From Schmidtea polychroa (lineage: Eukaryota): a stretch of DNA of 64,000 nt. The notes under the pieces were generated by a model. It did no database searches and was not told where the DNA came from. It saw nothing but the letters and a program-made list of their open reading frames with translations. Location of the stretch: positions 6,014,001 through 6,078,000 of the forward strand of contig CM097886.1 of assembly GCA_044892525.1 (NCBI GenBank), given 5' to 3'. The translations under genes were made by a program, and so were the position numbers. The first letter of the stretch is position 1, and every line of letters begins with the position of its first letter. Below are positions 49,501-62,646 of this stretch, piece by piece.

Positions 49501-51189
49501 TTTAGTGGTATAATATCACTTGGTTATTTTTAGATCAGGCATTTGTTCAAGTTTTTTAACTTTATGGGACACTTTTTTATTAGTTAAATCGGGTCTCAGC
49601 TTTCTTATGTTTATAAGGGTATTATATACATATTGCATGGTTAAGTCGGATAGGTATTTATCGTAACTTAGGTTAGATATATTTTCGGTACAGAAAATTT
49701 CAAAAAACATATTCATCTTTTTTTTTCTTCAAAAAATTCATCTTCATTAATAGAGGCTCTGTTTTCAGTTGGTTTTTCGCTGAAGGGTTTTTTTATTTTA
49801 GGTAATTGTTCGAGTTCTTTTATATTTTCGAGTTTATTAATTAAGGCCAATTTATCATCTCTTTCGTCTGATAGTCTATTATAGTAGTACCCCGACATAT
49901 ATGTCTCAAACAGTGGGTTTCCTATGTTTTTTGCGCACACAATTTCGAAAAAAAGATTTAAGTTCTTCATTTATATAGTTTGGGTTATTATCAACTGAAT
50001 CGGAGTCTATATCTAAGTCGTCTTCATCATATTTATCATTTTCTGGTTCAATTAAGCTATCATCAATTAAGTTGATATTACAAATATTCGTCAAGTTATT
50101 TTTATCTATGTTGATTGGTTTGGAAATTTGGGCTATTAGTTTGGTAGTATCATTATTATTTTGATTTTCGTTAGTTATGATGGTGGTAATCGGTATAATT
50201 ACGGTAGCTTTTTCTTTTTTAATAAACTTATCATCTCTTATAGTCTTAGTAGTTGTTATAAAAGGTTCATATCGCATATTATATTTAATTTTATTTTTTC
50301 TTCGTTGAAAAATTTCTAGATCAGTTAAGGGTTTTCTAGGGATTGGTGTCGAGTAATGTGGTCTTGGTAAATTAATATATATTGAGGTTTTAGGTTCCCA
50401 AATTTTAACGGTTGGTTTTGGTTCATAGTATGATGGTTTGACATTTTTTGGGAATCGGCCGTAGGCCGAAGAGCTGCGTCTGCTCGAAATTTTTTCCTAT
50501 TAATATTTACCGGGAGCCGGCCGGAGGCCGTCGAGCGGCATATATTGGTCGTTATATGATCATTAAAAATCTTATTATTTGGAATAACTTTCTTTGTGAA
50601 TCGGCCGTAGGCCGATGAACTGCGTCTGCTCAAAAACTTTTTACGATCAAAAAATGATATATTTTTAATTTCCTGAGTATCTTTTTTTATATTTATCGTT
50701 CATATTTTTAAAATAATTAGAATTTTTATTTTCATAACTGTTAGTTTTATCCTCGGTATTTTTAATATTATTAGCATTTCTAGTTTCTTTAATTTTGACA
50801 TTACAAGTTTCAATTTTTTTATTAGTTTTAAAATCCTTATCTGAGTTATTAGTATTAATTTTGTTTCTAAAAACCTAAAGGTTCGACAAAAGAGTCATCT
50901 TTCATAGAGTATTTTAAAGGAGTATTTAAAGGAGTAATTCTGATTATTAATTTGCCATAATTTTATAGCTGCTTCGAATGCATTTAGGAAGTCCATATGC
51001 TGTTCTCGGACTAAGTTCCCTATGATGAAACTTCCAAAGATAAGTTTATCAGCATATCTATATGTGTTCAGGCTTATGTCCCTAATATTGAAGCCAATAT
51101 ATTCCCAGCATGCAATTCGGAGATCCTTCGATATCTCAATGGTTCCTGCAAAATAGTTAAAAAGCTGAAAAGCAATAAAAAACTCATTA

Positions 51190-54030
51190 AAAAAAAATTT
51201 TTATTATAATTAACAATAAGGCCCGTCGGGCGTTAGGGGAGAGATTCTCAACCCTTCTTATGTCTGAGGCTTTTGAGTGGATTCCTGCAAACGCTGAGCC
51301 GGGGCTTTTGGTTGTTAGTGAGTAGTTTGCCTAGTTTTATCCACTTCAAAAGGCGGTTGTTAAGAAGTGAGGAAAAGATCCGATATGAGGTGTTCATGAT
51401 GGAGATAGGTCTCCAGGAGCTAGCTTCGTGGCTTATCTCGGCTTTTCCAACTTTTAAAATGAGTTTTGAGCGAAAGGTTTTCCAGGATATAGGACAGGCA
51501 GTGTTGCGGAGGAGGCTGTTGAATAGGGAGAGAAGGAATTCATAGTCAGGTGATAGTATTCTCCAGTCAGATAAGGAGATGCCATCCATCCCAGGGGCAG
51601 TATTGCTGAGTTGTGTGAAGATTGCTTTAATTTCATCAGTGTCAAAGGGCTCAGTTGAGAAAGATTCAGAAAGTGAAGGTAGTTTAATTAGTGGGTTAGG
51701 TGAGCATGTAGTAATAGTCCCTGCAAATAGTTTCATTGTCCATTGTCGGTTTTTGGAAAAAGGCTCATCTTTCAGTATTTTGGTAATTACCTCTTTTGGA
51801 TTAAAGGTGTATTTTTTTCTTTTTATTAAAAGTAGTTCGTTTTCGTTTCTGTTTTTTTTGTGAATGATGTCAGAGGGTTTTTTAATTATATATTTTATGG
51901 GATGGATGTTTCCATTTGTTTTTTCCATTTCTGAGAGAGCAGAGTCAGCATCTATTTTGTTTTCGGTGAGATTAAATATAATATTTTTAAGAAATTGTCG
52001 TTATTTACGTATGTCATTATTAGGTATTTTACTTTTAGTATAATAATTTATTATTGATTTTAATTCTAGGGTCATAGAAGGAATATTCGGCGTAGTGAAG
52101 GGGTTTCGTTTGATGAGACATTCGATGAGGTGGGAGATGAAAAGGCTGATTCTGAGAGGTCACTCCAGTGGGGGTATTCAAGTTCTTTTAGCTCGATAGA
52201 GATGAGTAACACAATTTTCTGGAGGTCCAGTATAGTTTCAAGTAGGTTATTGGCGAGCTTTGAGTGCTGTTGTCGAGTAGAGGGTCAATAAGTAGTGCTA
52301 GCTTTTGTCGTTCATCAAGGAAGAAAAAGAACCAGCAGTTTTGTCCATTGGACATGGGTATTATAATTTCATTCCATTCGGCGAATTCATGGAAAGGGAA
52401 GATTGAGAAGGTTTTATAGTTATGTTGGAAAGGTCATTTACGATGAAAGGATCGACGAAGATAGTTGATTTTTTCATGGCAACGGAGAAGATGTATGTCT
52501 TAATTGCATGTGGGGACCATCATGCAGATTCACTGTCTATGTTAGGTGTGAAGAGGAGGTCATCAGGTAGGGGTCTTTTAGTGATTTCGCTATCGGAGAT
52601 GTGGAAAATGCTCGCTTGGGTTTCTAGTAGTGAGCCAAGAAAGTTTTCGTTATTTAGGTCATGTCTTTCGATACTGCATTCGGCAGAGGGTGGGGGTTTG
52701 GTGAAGACGTGAGAGTAAGGATGTGGATGCATAGAGTTAATATGGTCTTGAAGCAATATATTTCCTCGTTGGGGTCATATGTGTATTTTTTGTGTGATTT
52801 AGCCATGTAATGTGTGATGGTCTGTATGGAAGAGTTAGGGTCATGGTGAACAAGACATCTAGCACATGTTTTATTATATATGTGACATATTATTTTGTTG
52901 GATGGTTTAAGCAGTTTAAGCAGTTTTCGGTCGGTCTGTACCTGGTGGTCAAAGTGGTCTATATGGTTCAAAATATCTCTGAAGCGGAAAAGGTTCATAT
53001 CAAATTTTCCTGCCCCACCAAATTTTGGTCTACATTGGTAGCAGTCCATCAGAGATTCATGATCTATGGTGATATTATGGAAGTCCTGTGCGTGTTTGAT
53101 TAGGGTAGGTCTATCGTAGAGGGAAATGGCTATTGAGTCACAAAGAGGATATTTAAAGTTTGTCCTGCATCTGCATTTGCCTCTATTGTCGAGAAAAACA
53201 GGGTAGTATCATGTTGTTGGTGTTCAGTGTCTGTTTTCGGTGTCGTGGTATTACGTTTTTTTACCAATTTTTTAAGACGTTTAGGGGTCAGAAAATCAGG
53301 AGTAGGTTGGGGTATTTGGTCAGTAACTATCTGTATTACTTTGCCTTGGACATCAATTTGTGAATCTAGACGAAAGAGGGTTTGTGCTTCATCTCCGAGG
53401 ACAGTATCATATTTGTTTGGTGTTACTTCTTGTAAGATGTTGGTTAGAGGGGATGTGGAGGTTGGAGTTGATGTTTGGAGGACAGTTGTTGCTATTGGGT
53501 CATGTGAGGATGTGGTCATGTTGTCCGAGCGTAGAACGTCATCTATATCGAAGGTTTAAGATGCGATTTGGTAGTGGACGCGTCTGTGGTATTATGATGG
53601 GAGTTATTATCATTTTGCGGTGGTTTTGGAGTATCTCTAGCTGGGGTATTAAAATTTTTGGAGTTTTGCTCATTGGTATCAATTATTTGCAGGAGGTCAA
53701 GAAGTGATTGGGATTTTTCTTGAAACTATTCCAGTGAACTTGGTTTAATCTGTTCATTTGTTTTTTAAACATTTTGTTATTGTACGGTTTAGATAAATGA
53801 TTACTGGTAATTAAGGTTTGTGATGATAATGTGTCTTTATTAGTTCTCAGGTCATTATGGGGCTCGTCTAGGTATGGGAATCGGCCACAGGCCGATGAGC
53901 TGCGTATTCTATCAATAGCTTTGCCCTCCTGTGGAGGGCAAAAAAAATTTTTGGACATTTTAAATTCTGCAAATGAGTTTAAATTTTGCAATTTAAACAA
54001 AATTTTATTTAAGTTATCATTCATATTTTG
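51190..54030 (-). mobile_element. Degenerate, internally deleted RLE-type (R2/NeSL/Utopia-like) non-LTR element
   Basis: C2H2-like fingers in 52520-53049 (CYQC..H..DH, CARC..HYMAKSH); RT N-part TAPGMDGI, CPISWK..LILK, SWRPISIMNTSYRIFSSLLNNRL breaking at NQK before the YADD region. Confidence 0.8.
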
Positions 54031-54499
54031 GAGTAATTCCTTATTAAAAATATTATTAAAGAATCATTGAACATATTTCTCAATTCACATTCTCAAATTG
54101 AATATATCAAGTGAAAAGGAAATGTGAGGTCGGATCTCTCCACAAGGATGTTTTCAGTAAAAATAAATGCCTTAACCTGTTAAAACTACCAGCATCTTGG
54201 CGAAGAACAAATCTCCGGTGATTCCTTACAAAACTTGAAAATTCGTCATTACAACTATGTCAAACAAAAGAAGGAATTCTAGTTGATACAAGTACAGGAG
54301 TTCCAAGAATCGTTTTTCGAAAAGTATTTAAATTTGAAGAATTTCAAAGACTCCATGCTCTTTCTCTTTCTCGTCCGGGTTACAAACCAATGATGAAACT
54401 GGTAACAGAAATATACGTATTCTGTTATATTAATTAATCAATCAGATCATTTATCCTTTTTAGGGGGAGGGGAAGGACTTCTGACACTTGCGATGGGAA

Positions 54500-55220
54500 C
54501 AGGACCTAGGAGAGGCGGAGCCACTGGCCCCGGGCCCCAAATCTTTATTTGAAGAAATTTTTTTGGACACAAAAATTAATTTTTAAAAATTCAACAATTT
54601 GAAAATGGACTAATGATATAACTTTGCTCTTATATATCAATCTAGCATGTTTTTAAATAAATCAGATTGATTAAGATTAGGAATTCGTCATTTAAAATTG
54701 CTTGATCGTTATTAAAATCCACGAATAAGAGATTTTTAAAAATATCCGTTTATAAATGATATGATATTGGGGCCCCTAATTTAAACCCAACTAGTGTGGA
54801 ATTCGAAAGAATATTTTAAATTTCATTAAAATTTCTCTACTAAAGTGCTTAAATCTATTATTGAAATGAATTTGGAGTTAATTTTTACAAATCTTGTATT
54901 AAGAATATTTTTGACAATCCCGGTTTCTGTAGACGAGTCTGAACGTACATTTTCAGCTCAAATACGTATTAAGAATTTCTTGAGATCTACAATGGCACAA
55001 GAGCCGCTAAATGAATTAGCAATGCTGCATATTGATAACGATATTGCAAGAAACCTAAATTTTAGTGAAATAATTGATAAATTTGCAATTTCAAAAGCCC
55101 GTAAATCATTAATATAATAAAATTTGTTTTTATATTGTGTTGTCGCTAACTATATATTTTTTAATTATTAAAAAGGGGCCCCAAAAAAATTGGGCCCCGC
55201 ACTCTCTCTCCTAAGCCCGT
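54500..55220 (+). mobile_element. hAT non-autonomous derivative with dimerization-domain remnant
   Basis: LRIFLTIPVSVDESERTFS..IKNFLRSTMAQEPLNELAML; GGGCCC subterminal repeats; imperfect TIR CAGGACCTAGGAGAG/CTCTCCTAAGCCCG; no TSD found. Confidence 0.7.
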
Positions 55221-56591
55221 TATTGCTCGGTAATATTAATTGAAAAGCGCCAAAAAGTGACGTACTACCATTTACCTCCCGATAAAATGGATTTGTATTC
55301 GGAATTTCATTAAATATTTTCTTCAAAAAAAAAACTGAAGCGATTTTTATCAATTCTTAAAGTATTTCTTTATTTTGTAGTAAATTGAATAAAATTTTAA
55401 ATTCAATATCATTTTCAGTGTACAAATTTGTGATTTACTTTGCAATGAGTAACACTTACATGACATACATCCACCAAAGGTGTCCCGGCTTTTGTTTAGA
55501 CTTATTTTCTTATAATTACGCCTTAATCTACTTTTTCTAAGTCGAAAGAACAATTAACTTTAGCAACAATGAATCCACAGCTACATCAAAATATTTTTAA
55601 GGAAGCTGAATCAAAACAGATGTATCGCAAGTTAACTGAAACCCTTTTAATGACTGATACCAATCTGAAGGTTGAGTCATATAAAAATTGAGCTGTAACT
55701 TCGAAATATCACTCAATTCAGGAATTAAGCTTTCTTCAACAAAATTATTAATTGTAAATTAATTATAATAAGTATTTACGCCTTTGATGAGTTAATCATT
55801 TCGACACCAAGTACTGAATAAAGATTCCTTGTTTATTTTTCCATATTTCTAATATGGAAATATGGTAATATCTTTTATACAAAAACATCTGATTAATTCC
55901 ATATTACAGTTATGAACTATTGCTTCTTGTAATATTAAAACAACAAGTGAGATTTATTAATTTATAAATTCACTAATTTTATAATTTCAATAATTAATAA
56001 TTATCACTGATAATTAATTGTTGATTTATCATAAATTGTATCTAATTGCAGATTTTGATATAGAATAAAAATAATGAGAAGATTAATATTTTATTATCAT
56101 TTTCAGCAATAAAATTTCAATTATCATAAAAATTAATTTTTCATCGAGTTCAAATATCCTATACATTTAACAAAAGAATAAAATTGGAATTTCTTCATTT
56201 TATTCAACATAATTTCCAATGTCCCCCGTTTTGCATAGTTGAATTTTTTTCCAATTTTAAAATGTAATGACCAAAAGAAAAAAACGCTTTTATCGGCTAA
56301 CATTAAAGAAAGTGGCATGCAACGATATTTGGGAAGGAGTTATTACTGAAAAAAAGAAGAGCAAAGAAATTACACGAGTTAATTTAATTTTGGTTTGTTG
56401 TATTTGTCAATTTTTAAATGAACGTATATACTATTATGAAAATAGAAATAAGTTATTGACTATACTAATCAAAATATGCAAATATATCTTTTTATCGGAA
56501 TTAAGAAAATAAAAGAAATAATGAAAAAATATTAGACACTCTTGTCGAGGAAGACGGGTGTATTTCTTGGTCGAGAGAAGTTTTTATTTTA

Positions 56592-57038
56592 CTATGAAGT
56601 TGCAGGATTGCCTTTCAAGTAATTAGATGAATGAGATTTTGGCAAAATGTTTGTTACAGGACCTTTAAAAGACTTTTCATCATATCCAGGAATCAATTCT
56701 ATTAAAGTATCTTTTGCGTACTTCGTGTGATTAGATGCAGATGAAGATCGTATCAGTTGATGTTGATGACTGGTCTCATTGAAGAACTGTTCTTTCTGAT
56801 TTTGTAGATTCTTTTTGTGTGATTCCAAATAGGCATTGCGATAAGCTTGAGTATTTTCTAACGGTATTGTTCTTTGGTTATGATACGACTGAGGGACTTC
56901 TGGAACACTGACTAATGATCTGTTTGATGGGTTAATTTGTTTCATAAATGATGAAGAAAGTGTGGAATGATTTCGAATTTCACTGAAAGAGGCAGTTCTT
57001 TGTCTAGGTGGTTTACAAATCGAAGATTTTGAGTCATT
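56592..57038 (-). CDS. Shab: Probable terminal exon of the Kv2/Shab gene (disordered C-tail)
   Basis: Pyrimidine tract plus TTAACAG acceptor; phase 0 matches the donor at 62647; 447 bp open to stop (NDSKSSICKPPRQRTASFSE..GNPATS*). Joining is inferred. Confidence 0.6.
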   Translation of the reverse strand, partial: NDSKSSICKPPRQRTASFSEIRNHSTLSSSFMKQINPSNRSLVSVPEVPQSYHNQRTIPLENTQAYRNAYLESHKKNLQNQKEQFFNETSHQHQLIRSSSASNHTKYAKDTLIELIPGYDEKSFKGPVTNILPKSHSSNYLKGNPATS

Positions 57039-57572
57039 CTGTTAAGAAAAATAAGGTAAATTTGAATTATAATAAGTTTATTAAGATTGTTATTATTATT
57101 AATATTGAATTCTAAATATCGCAATTATATAATCACCGATTTTATTAAAGAGGGTTTTTTGTTTATGAAATTATTTGAATTTTGATTGTGAATTAAAATT
57201 TTATTTAAACAAACTTTAAAGTTTAATTAAAAATTAAATTATTAATATTATGTTGCATGATTGTAGAATGTTGAAAATGATAAATTAAAATATTTAGTTT
57301 TAAGTATTAAATTTTATGTGTTGAATTTTAAATATTGAATTTTTTAATATTAAATTTTAAAAATATTAAAAGAAGTAAATTTAAAAATTAAACATTTCAT
57401 TATTAATAGACTTTTGAATTACGACTTTATCTACCGAAAATGATTTAGAAAACAATTTAGAAGATGTTCTAGTAATGGAAGTTTTATTTATCTCTATTTA
57501 TTTTTAATCGTTTATGAAGGTTTTCAAAACAATGATTTCAGTCAAAAACGTCAGCCATAATATGGATTAAAT

Positions 57573-58000
57573 CAGTGTTGTCCAAACTGTGTGCCGTGGT
57601 GGGTACCCATGTGTGCCGTGAAAATTTTTTTAAAAAAGTCAAAAAAACCGTTTTTCCAAACAACTTTATAAAAGGAAATTGAATTGTGGATTTTTTTAAC
57701 AGTTATTTCAAATTTAAATGTTAATCAGTCAATTAAGTGCGAAATTTATTTGTTTACAATCATATTTATATTTCTTACTAGAAATATTGACTATCTAAAA
57801 TACGTAAGCAGCATAATTATGTTTATTTAGAATCTTAAATATTAAATAATAATATTTTTTAGTTTATAAGTTTTTCATTTCTTATTAAAAGATTAGTGCA
57901 ATAAAAAATTGCAAATAAAGCAAAAAAAAATTTAGGTGTGCCGCGAAAATTTTTAATCCAACCAAGTGTGCTGTGGCTCAAAAAAGTTTGGACAACACTC
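57573..58000. mobile_element. hAT-family MITE
   Basis: CAGTGTTGTCCAAAC/GTTTGGACAACACTC TIRs, perfect 8-bp TSD GATTAAAT, GTGTGCCG repeats. Confidence 0.92.
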
Positions 58001-58154
58001 GATTAAATAAAGAGAAAATAAAAAAAACAAAGTATATTTACGGTTCAAATGTTTTATTAAATACTTTATTATATGACTAAAAATTTGAATTTCATTTCTC
58101 TTCTTTGAGAATTTAACTATAGATTACATTTCGCTTATTTTATATGTACTAATT

Positions 58155-58415
58155 TTATTTGATTCCGTAAATGTTTCCCAAAATGTGGTACGCCTGAGAG
58201 TACGGGAAAGGTTTGGTGAGGGTACGTACTGCGTCTGATGTACCAATCAACTTATTTTTATTACAAGCATTGAAAAATAATAAAAAATTTCTATTCTCAT
58301 TAGTATTACGTATTGAAAAAAAAAGCTTTTGTATGTATCGGTAGCCGTAGTGTCCCTGGGCTCTATGATTCCGTACATTTCCCTTATTCATGGTCCAGAC
58401 AACAGTGTCACACAA
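58155..58415 (-). pseudogene. Degenerate gypsy integrase zinc-binding fragment
   Basis: H..QGHYG..C NKNK..PF spacing resembles the HHCC region. Confidence 0.4.
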
Positions 58416-61304
58416 AAATATGATTTTAATTTTTGAGATTTACCAAAGATTTCATTTTATGCCGTATTTGAAAATTTATTTTGAAAATATTGTCTCATAG
58501 TTTTATTGACTGACACGTATATCGCGTGATCTATGCTTAATTTAAGTATTTCCTTTTTACTTAATCAAATAATGCATTCGCTCTGTAAATGTTTCCCTTA
58601 ATTGGTTTAAAATAAAAGAAAGAGTTGATAATTGTGTGATGTGTTGACAGGAGCCATTGCACTCGATGCTATGAAAGCATATGGCAGGCATTTCTTAATT
58701 ATCTATTTATCTTCAAATCAAAGATAAACATTAGGCGGGATGCGTTATCTATTTTATATTATACTCCATCTCTAGAAAATCTATCATTCTACCCACTCAC
58801 ACAAATGTCAGGAAATTTTTTTAAAAATAATTTGCAGACTTATCAAGATAATACTGACTAATTCCTATTGGGACATGAATATCGTAAAATTTTCTTGTGT
58901 GGATCATAAAATAAAAATGTGCAAAATAAATGGGAAATAAAAATTAATTAAAAGCTAATTAAATATTCAAAAAAAGTAAAAATCAATATAGTTTAAGGGG
59001 AAAATGGTAACCATTAGCAAATCATAAGTTGAAGACGAATAAAATATGTTAAAATGGCAATAGCAATTAACAATGATGCTTGCTGACAACCAGGTTTTAT
59101 AAATGAGGAAATTTGCCACTTTTGGTCAGAGTTAAAGCCAATAATCAGTCGCCAGATTGCAGATTAGTCATAGATTACAAATCAACTCAAAATATAATTG
59201 GAAATTATTATGAACGAAGTGTTTTTTCTTGTGATCAATAAACAAATTCTATTTCGCAATATTTTTCTCTGATTTTTAAAGTAAACACCGATTGAGGTCG
59301 AACTCCTGCCGAAGCTTTTCTAATTTAAATTAGGATAATATAAATTATATAAATTACTTTTTATTTTTATAGTATCGTCTCATTAGTGTGATATAGTTTC
59401 ATTTCAGTTTATTGTGTATTCCTTTTATCACCCACAATATTTCATAGTTTGTTTTAGTTATATTATTATTTTTACTTTAAATAACATGAATGCCGTAATT
59501 AAATTTTGTTTTTTACGCCATGATTGATGAGATAAACAAAATTTTAATTAATTAGTCTGTATTTATGTATTTGCACCTCCATAAATTTCAAATTGTTTTT
59601 ATGTATGTATTTTTTAATTACTATTTATAAACAAATTAAACGTTCAGTATTTTAATTAAAATTTCAGTGAAAAAGATTATAATGCAAAGTAAACATTTTT
59701 TTGGTCAATATATTATCAAAAATTGAAAGTAAAACAAAGGTTAGGGTTAATTACTTTTTAATTTACTTTTTAATTACTTTTTAATTTACTTATCGTGCCG
59801 TTTTTTTAGAAAACAGGCCTTTTTGTTATTTTGTTATAATTTTGTTAGTGATGTCACATGTAAAATATTTTCTAGGTGTTGGAACAAACCTGATTTATTA
59901 TTTGCTTTTTCAATAGAAAAATCATATTTTATTAATTTTCTAAATGAAACATTTGACTTAACCATAATTACAATTTTTCAAAAGTTTTATGTCTAATTTC
60001 AACGAAATTCCACATAATCATTGCAACGTTAACACAAATGATTATGGCGAATTTCTTGGTTTAATTGACTGAAATAACAATTGTTGACTAGTCTATGGCA
60101 AAATGGGATATTGCAAATGAATCTATTGACATTAGTAAAGTTATTGAGATTTACAAACGGATCTAGTAAACATTTATTCTCACGTAAAACCGCTTTCTGA
60201 AATTAGACGAATTCCTCTCTGTGAGCAGGAAAAACACGAAATGTTTTCAATACGAAAACTTGAAAACAACAACTTCAAATGTCTACATTTAATCGATCAC
60301 AAATGTGCTGCACTGTGAAAATAATCCCATTGCTTCTAATCAAACAATAATAACGAAATCTATTTATTTGGTTTCCGCTCGAAAAATTTATAGTGAGACT
60401 ACCAAATTACAAATACCAATTTACATAAATTCTTTCTATAAACATCAAAGTAAAAATGTGCGTGATTTGAAAAGCAGAGAAAAGGTATCTGGAATATACA
60501 CTTATTAAGTTATTATTGCCATTCGGCAGTTTAGGGCTTATAATTCAACTCTTCGTCTTTTCTATCAGAATAATAACTCAACAATAAATTTCATCGAGAC
60601 TATAAAACCACAAATGTCGTAATTGAGACTGACACATTAAAATTTTTTTGATATATATTTTAAGGGCAGGTGACCCTAAGAGAAACAGCCTTAAATGAAA
60701 AAAGAATTTTTTCAGCTTTAAAAGTAATTCTTCTCCTGCTCCTTTTCATAATTTTAGCTCTCGCTTAATGGATTGCCCACTCTGTTCCTTCAACCGATAT
60801 AACAATTCTGTTATGTTCTTTGCTCCCATTTATAGGACTTTCTCTTCATCGCTCGGTTTCAAATTAATTAATTTGTATATTTTATATAACTTTTTGAGGG
60901 AATCCCATCAATTTGAAATTATTATATTTATACTAATCATTTCATTTCCCACTAACTCATGTCGTCCCGAAAAATATTAATTTTTCCATTTTATTTAATA
61001 TTTTTTGAATTCTATTAAATTATGTCTTTTTGATGTTTTTCAGAGTTATTTGTCTATTTTTGCGTCCAATTATGCAACCCCAACACATTTTACCCTTTGA
61101 ATTTTAGAGAAATTTTAAATTTACTATAAATAATGAACCCTGAGTAATAGGCCATTTAATTAATCGTTTTTCTTATATTGGGAACCGATCAAATCTTAAA
61201 AATGAAAATGAAAAAAATTTCCATTGAGTTATCAGATTCAATTCTTTCAATAAATTCATCATTGCACGTCACACATTTACCATCCTGAGATATGTGAAAG
61301 TCCC

Positions 61305-61579
61305 TGTTGCATTTATGACAATAGTAATTATCTGTATTAATTGTAGCCATTAAACAAATTTAAAAAATTTTATTTTTCAAAAACTCACAAAAACTTACAA
61401 AATTCAAACAACTGATATAAAAATCCATAACTATTTCAGCTAAACATATCAAAACCGAATCACAAAATTAAAATTCGATATAACTCGACAATTGTCCGCG
61501 TCTGTGTGCGCATACAAATCAATCCAATGTCAAAGCAAAAAACGCACACAGACGCGAAACATAAACTCACAATTCACCA
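61305..61579 (-). mobile_element. Short solo LTR related to the PSMA6-bearing LTRs
   Basis: Same end AATTCACCA, same CGCGTCTGTGTGCG..CGCACACAGACGCG hairpin, TGTTGCAT start; AAGTC at 61298-61302 and 61580-61584 (TSD offset by 2 bp on the left). Confidence 0.65.
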
Positions 61580-62646
61580 AAGTCGCAAACAAGCTTTTAT
61601 AATTGTATTAAATTAATAATTGTTAAACTCGATTAATTTGCATTCTTATTTACTTAATCAAATACTAATATACTGAATTGATTAACATGTTAATTTAAAC
61701 AAATAATTATATCCGTATTATTACAATAAGTTTGAGACATCATTAATAGGTGATCATAGATAAACTGAGAAATTTAAAAATAAAAAAATTTTAAAGAAGT
61801 TTATAAAATTCAAAATAATTATAAAAATATTGCAATCCATGAAAAGTAATTATCAAAATCAAATAAAATAAAATACATATTTCAACATTTTATCTATTTT
61901 ATATTTTGATTTATTTTTATTTTACCGTATAGATAAACCTATTAGGAAACCTTTAATAAAATGTATTTTTCTAAAATTTTAATTGTTCTATGAATAAAAG
62001 AATCAAATCATGGTTGTGATGTTATATTATATATAGAATAAGAATTAAGAAAGTTTCTAAAATAATATTTATTAAAATTTAAAATTTAAGTCAGCACTTT
62101 TCTGATATTATTTAAACAATAATTAATATGACTAACATTATTTTAATATAATAATACCATACACAAATATGGGGTAAATCGTCAGCCTATGTCTATTTTA
62201 CGCTATAATACTAGAGAATAACTTTAATAAATTATAAAAAATAACCAGATTTTTATTAGAAACATATAACGAAAAGTTTTTCTAAGAATTTTAATTAGAT
62301 TCAATTTTTAAACACGGTCCAGTTGGCACAATTAACACTAATGACCCTTTAAGGACATTATAGTTCTGACAAGATATTCTAAATTGTGTTTTGTGAATTT
62401 AGTGCAATCATTAATGTTTCATGTCATTATAAATACCATGGACATTTAAAAATAATTTATTAACACGAACGGTTCCTTCTTGAGAGAAATTGCTCATAAT
62501 ATTAGTATCTAATAAACCTAGGCTGTTATTTTTTAAGTATTTAATTTAACATTTTACTGTGCTCGCTTATGATTTAGTGCATTTGTCATTGCGTGCTTTA
62601 GTTTGAGTATCATAGAATAAAAATTAATTTTTTTATTAAAAATCAC

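Noticed and set aside
50455-50495. Hammerhead ribozyme (CCGAAGAG...CGAAA)
   Set aside because: The core deviates from CUGANGA, stem II cannot pair in the required register, and no NUH with stems I and III can be drawn.
62554-62646. ORF-track C-terminus of the Kv channel (VIFNKKINF...)
   Set aside because: Reads through an AAG|GTGATT donor into AT-rich intron; an in-phase downstream exon exists.
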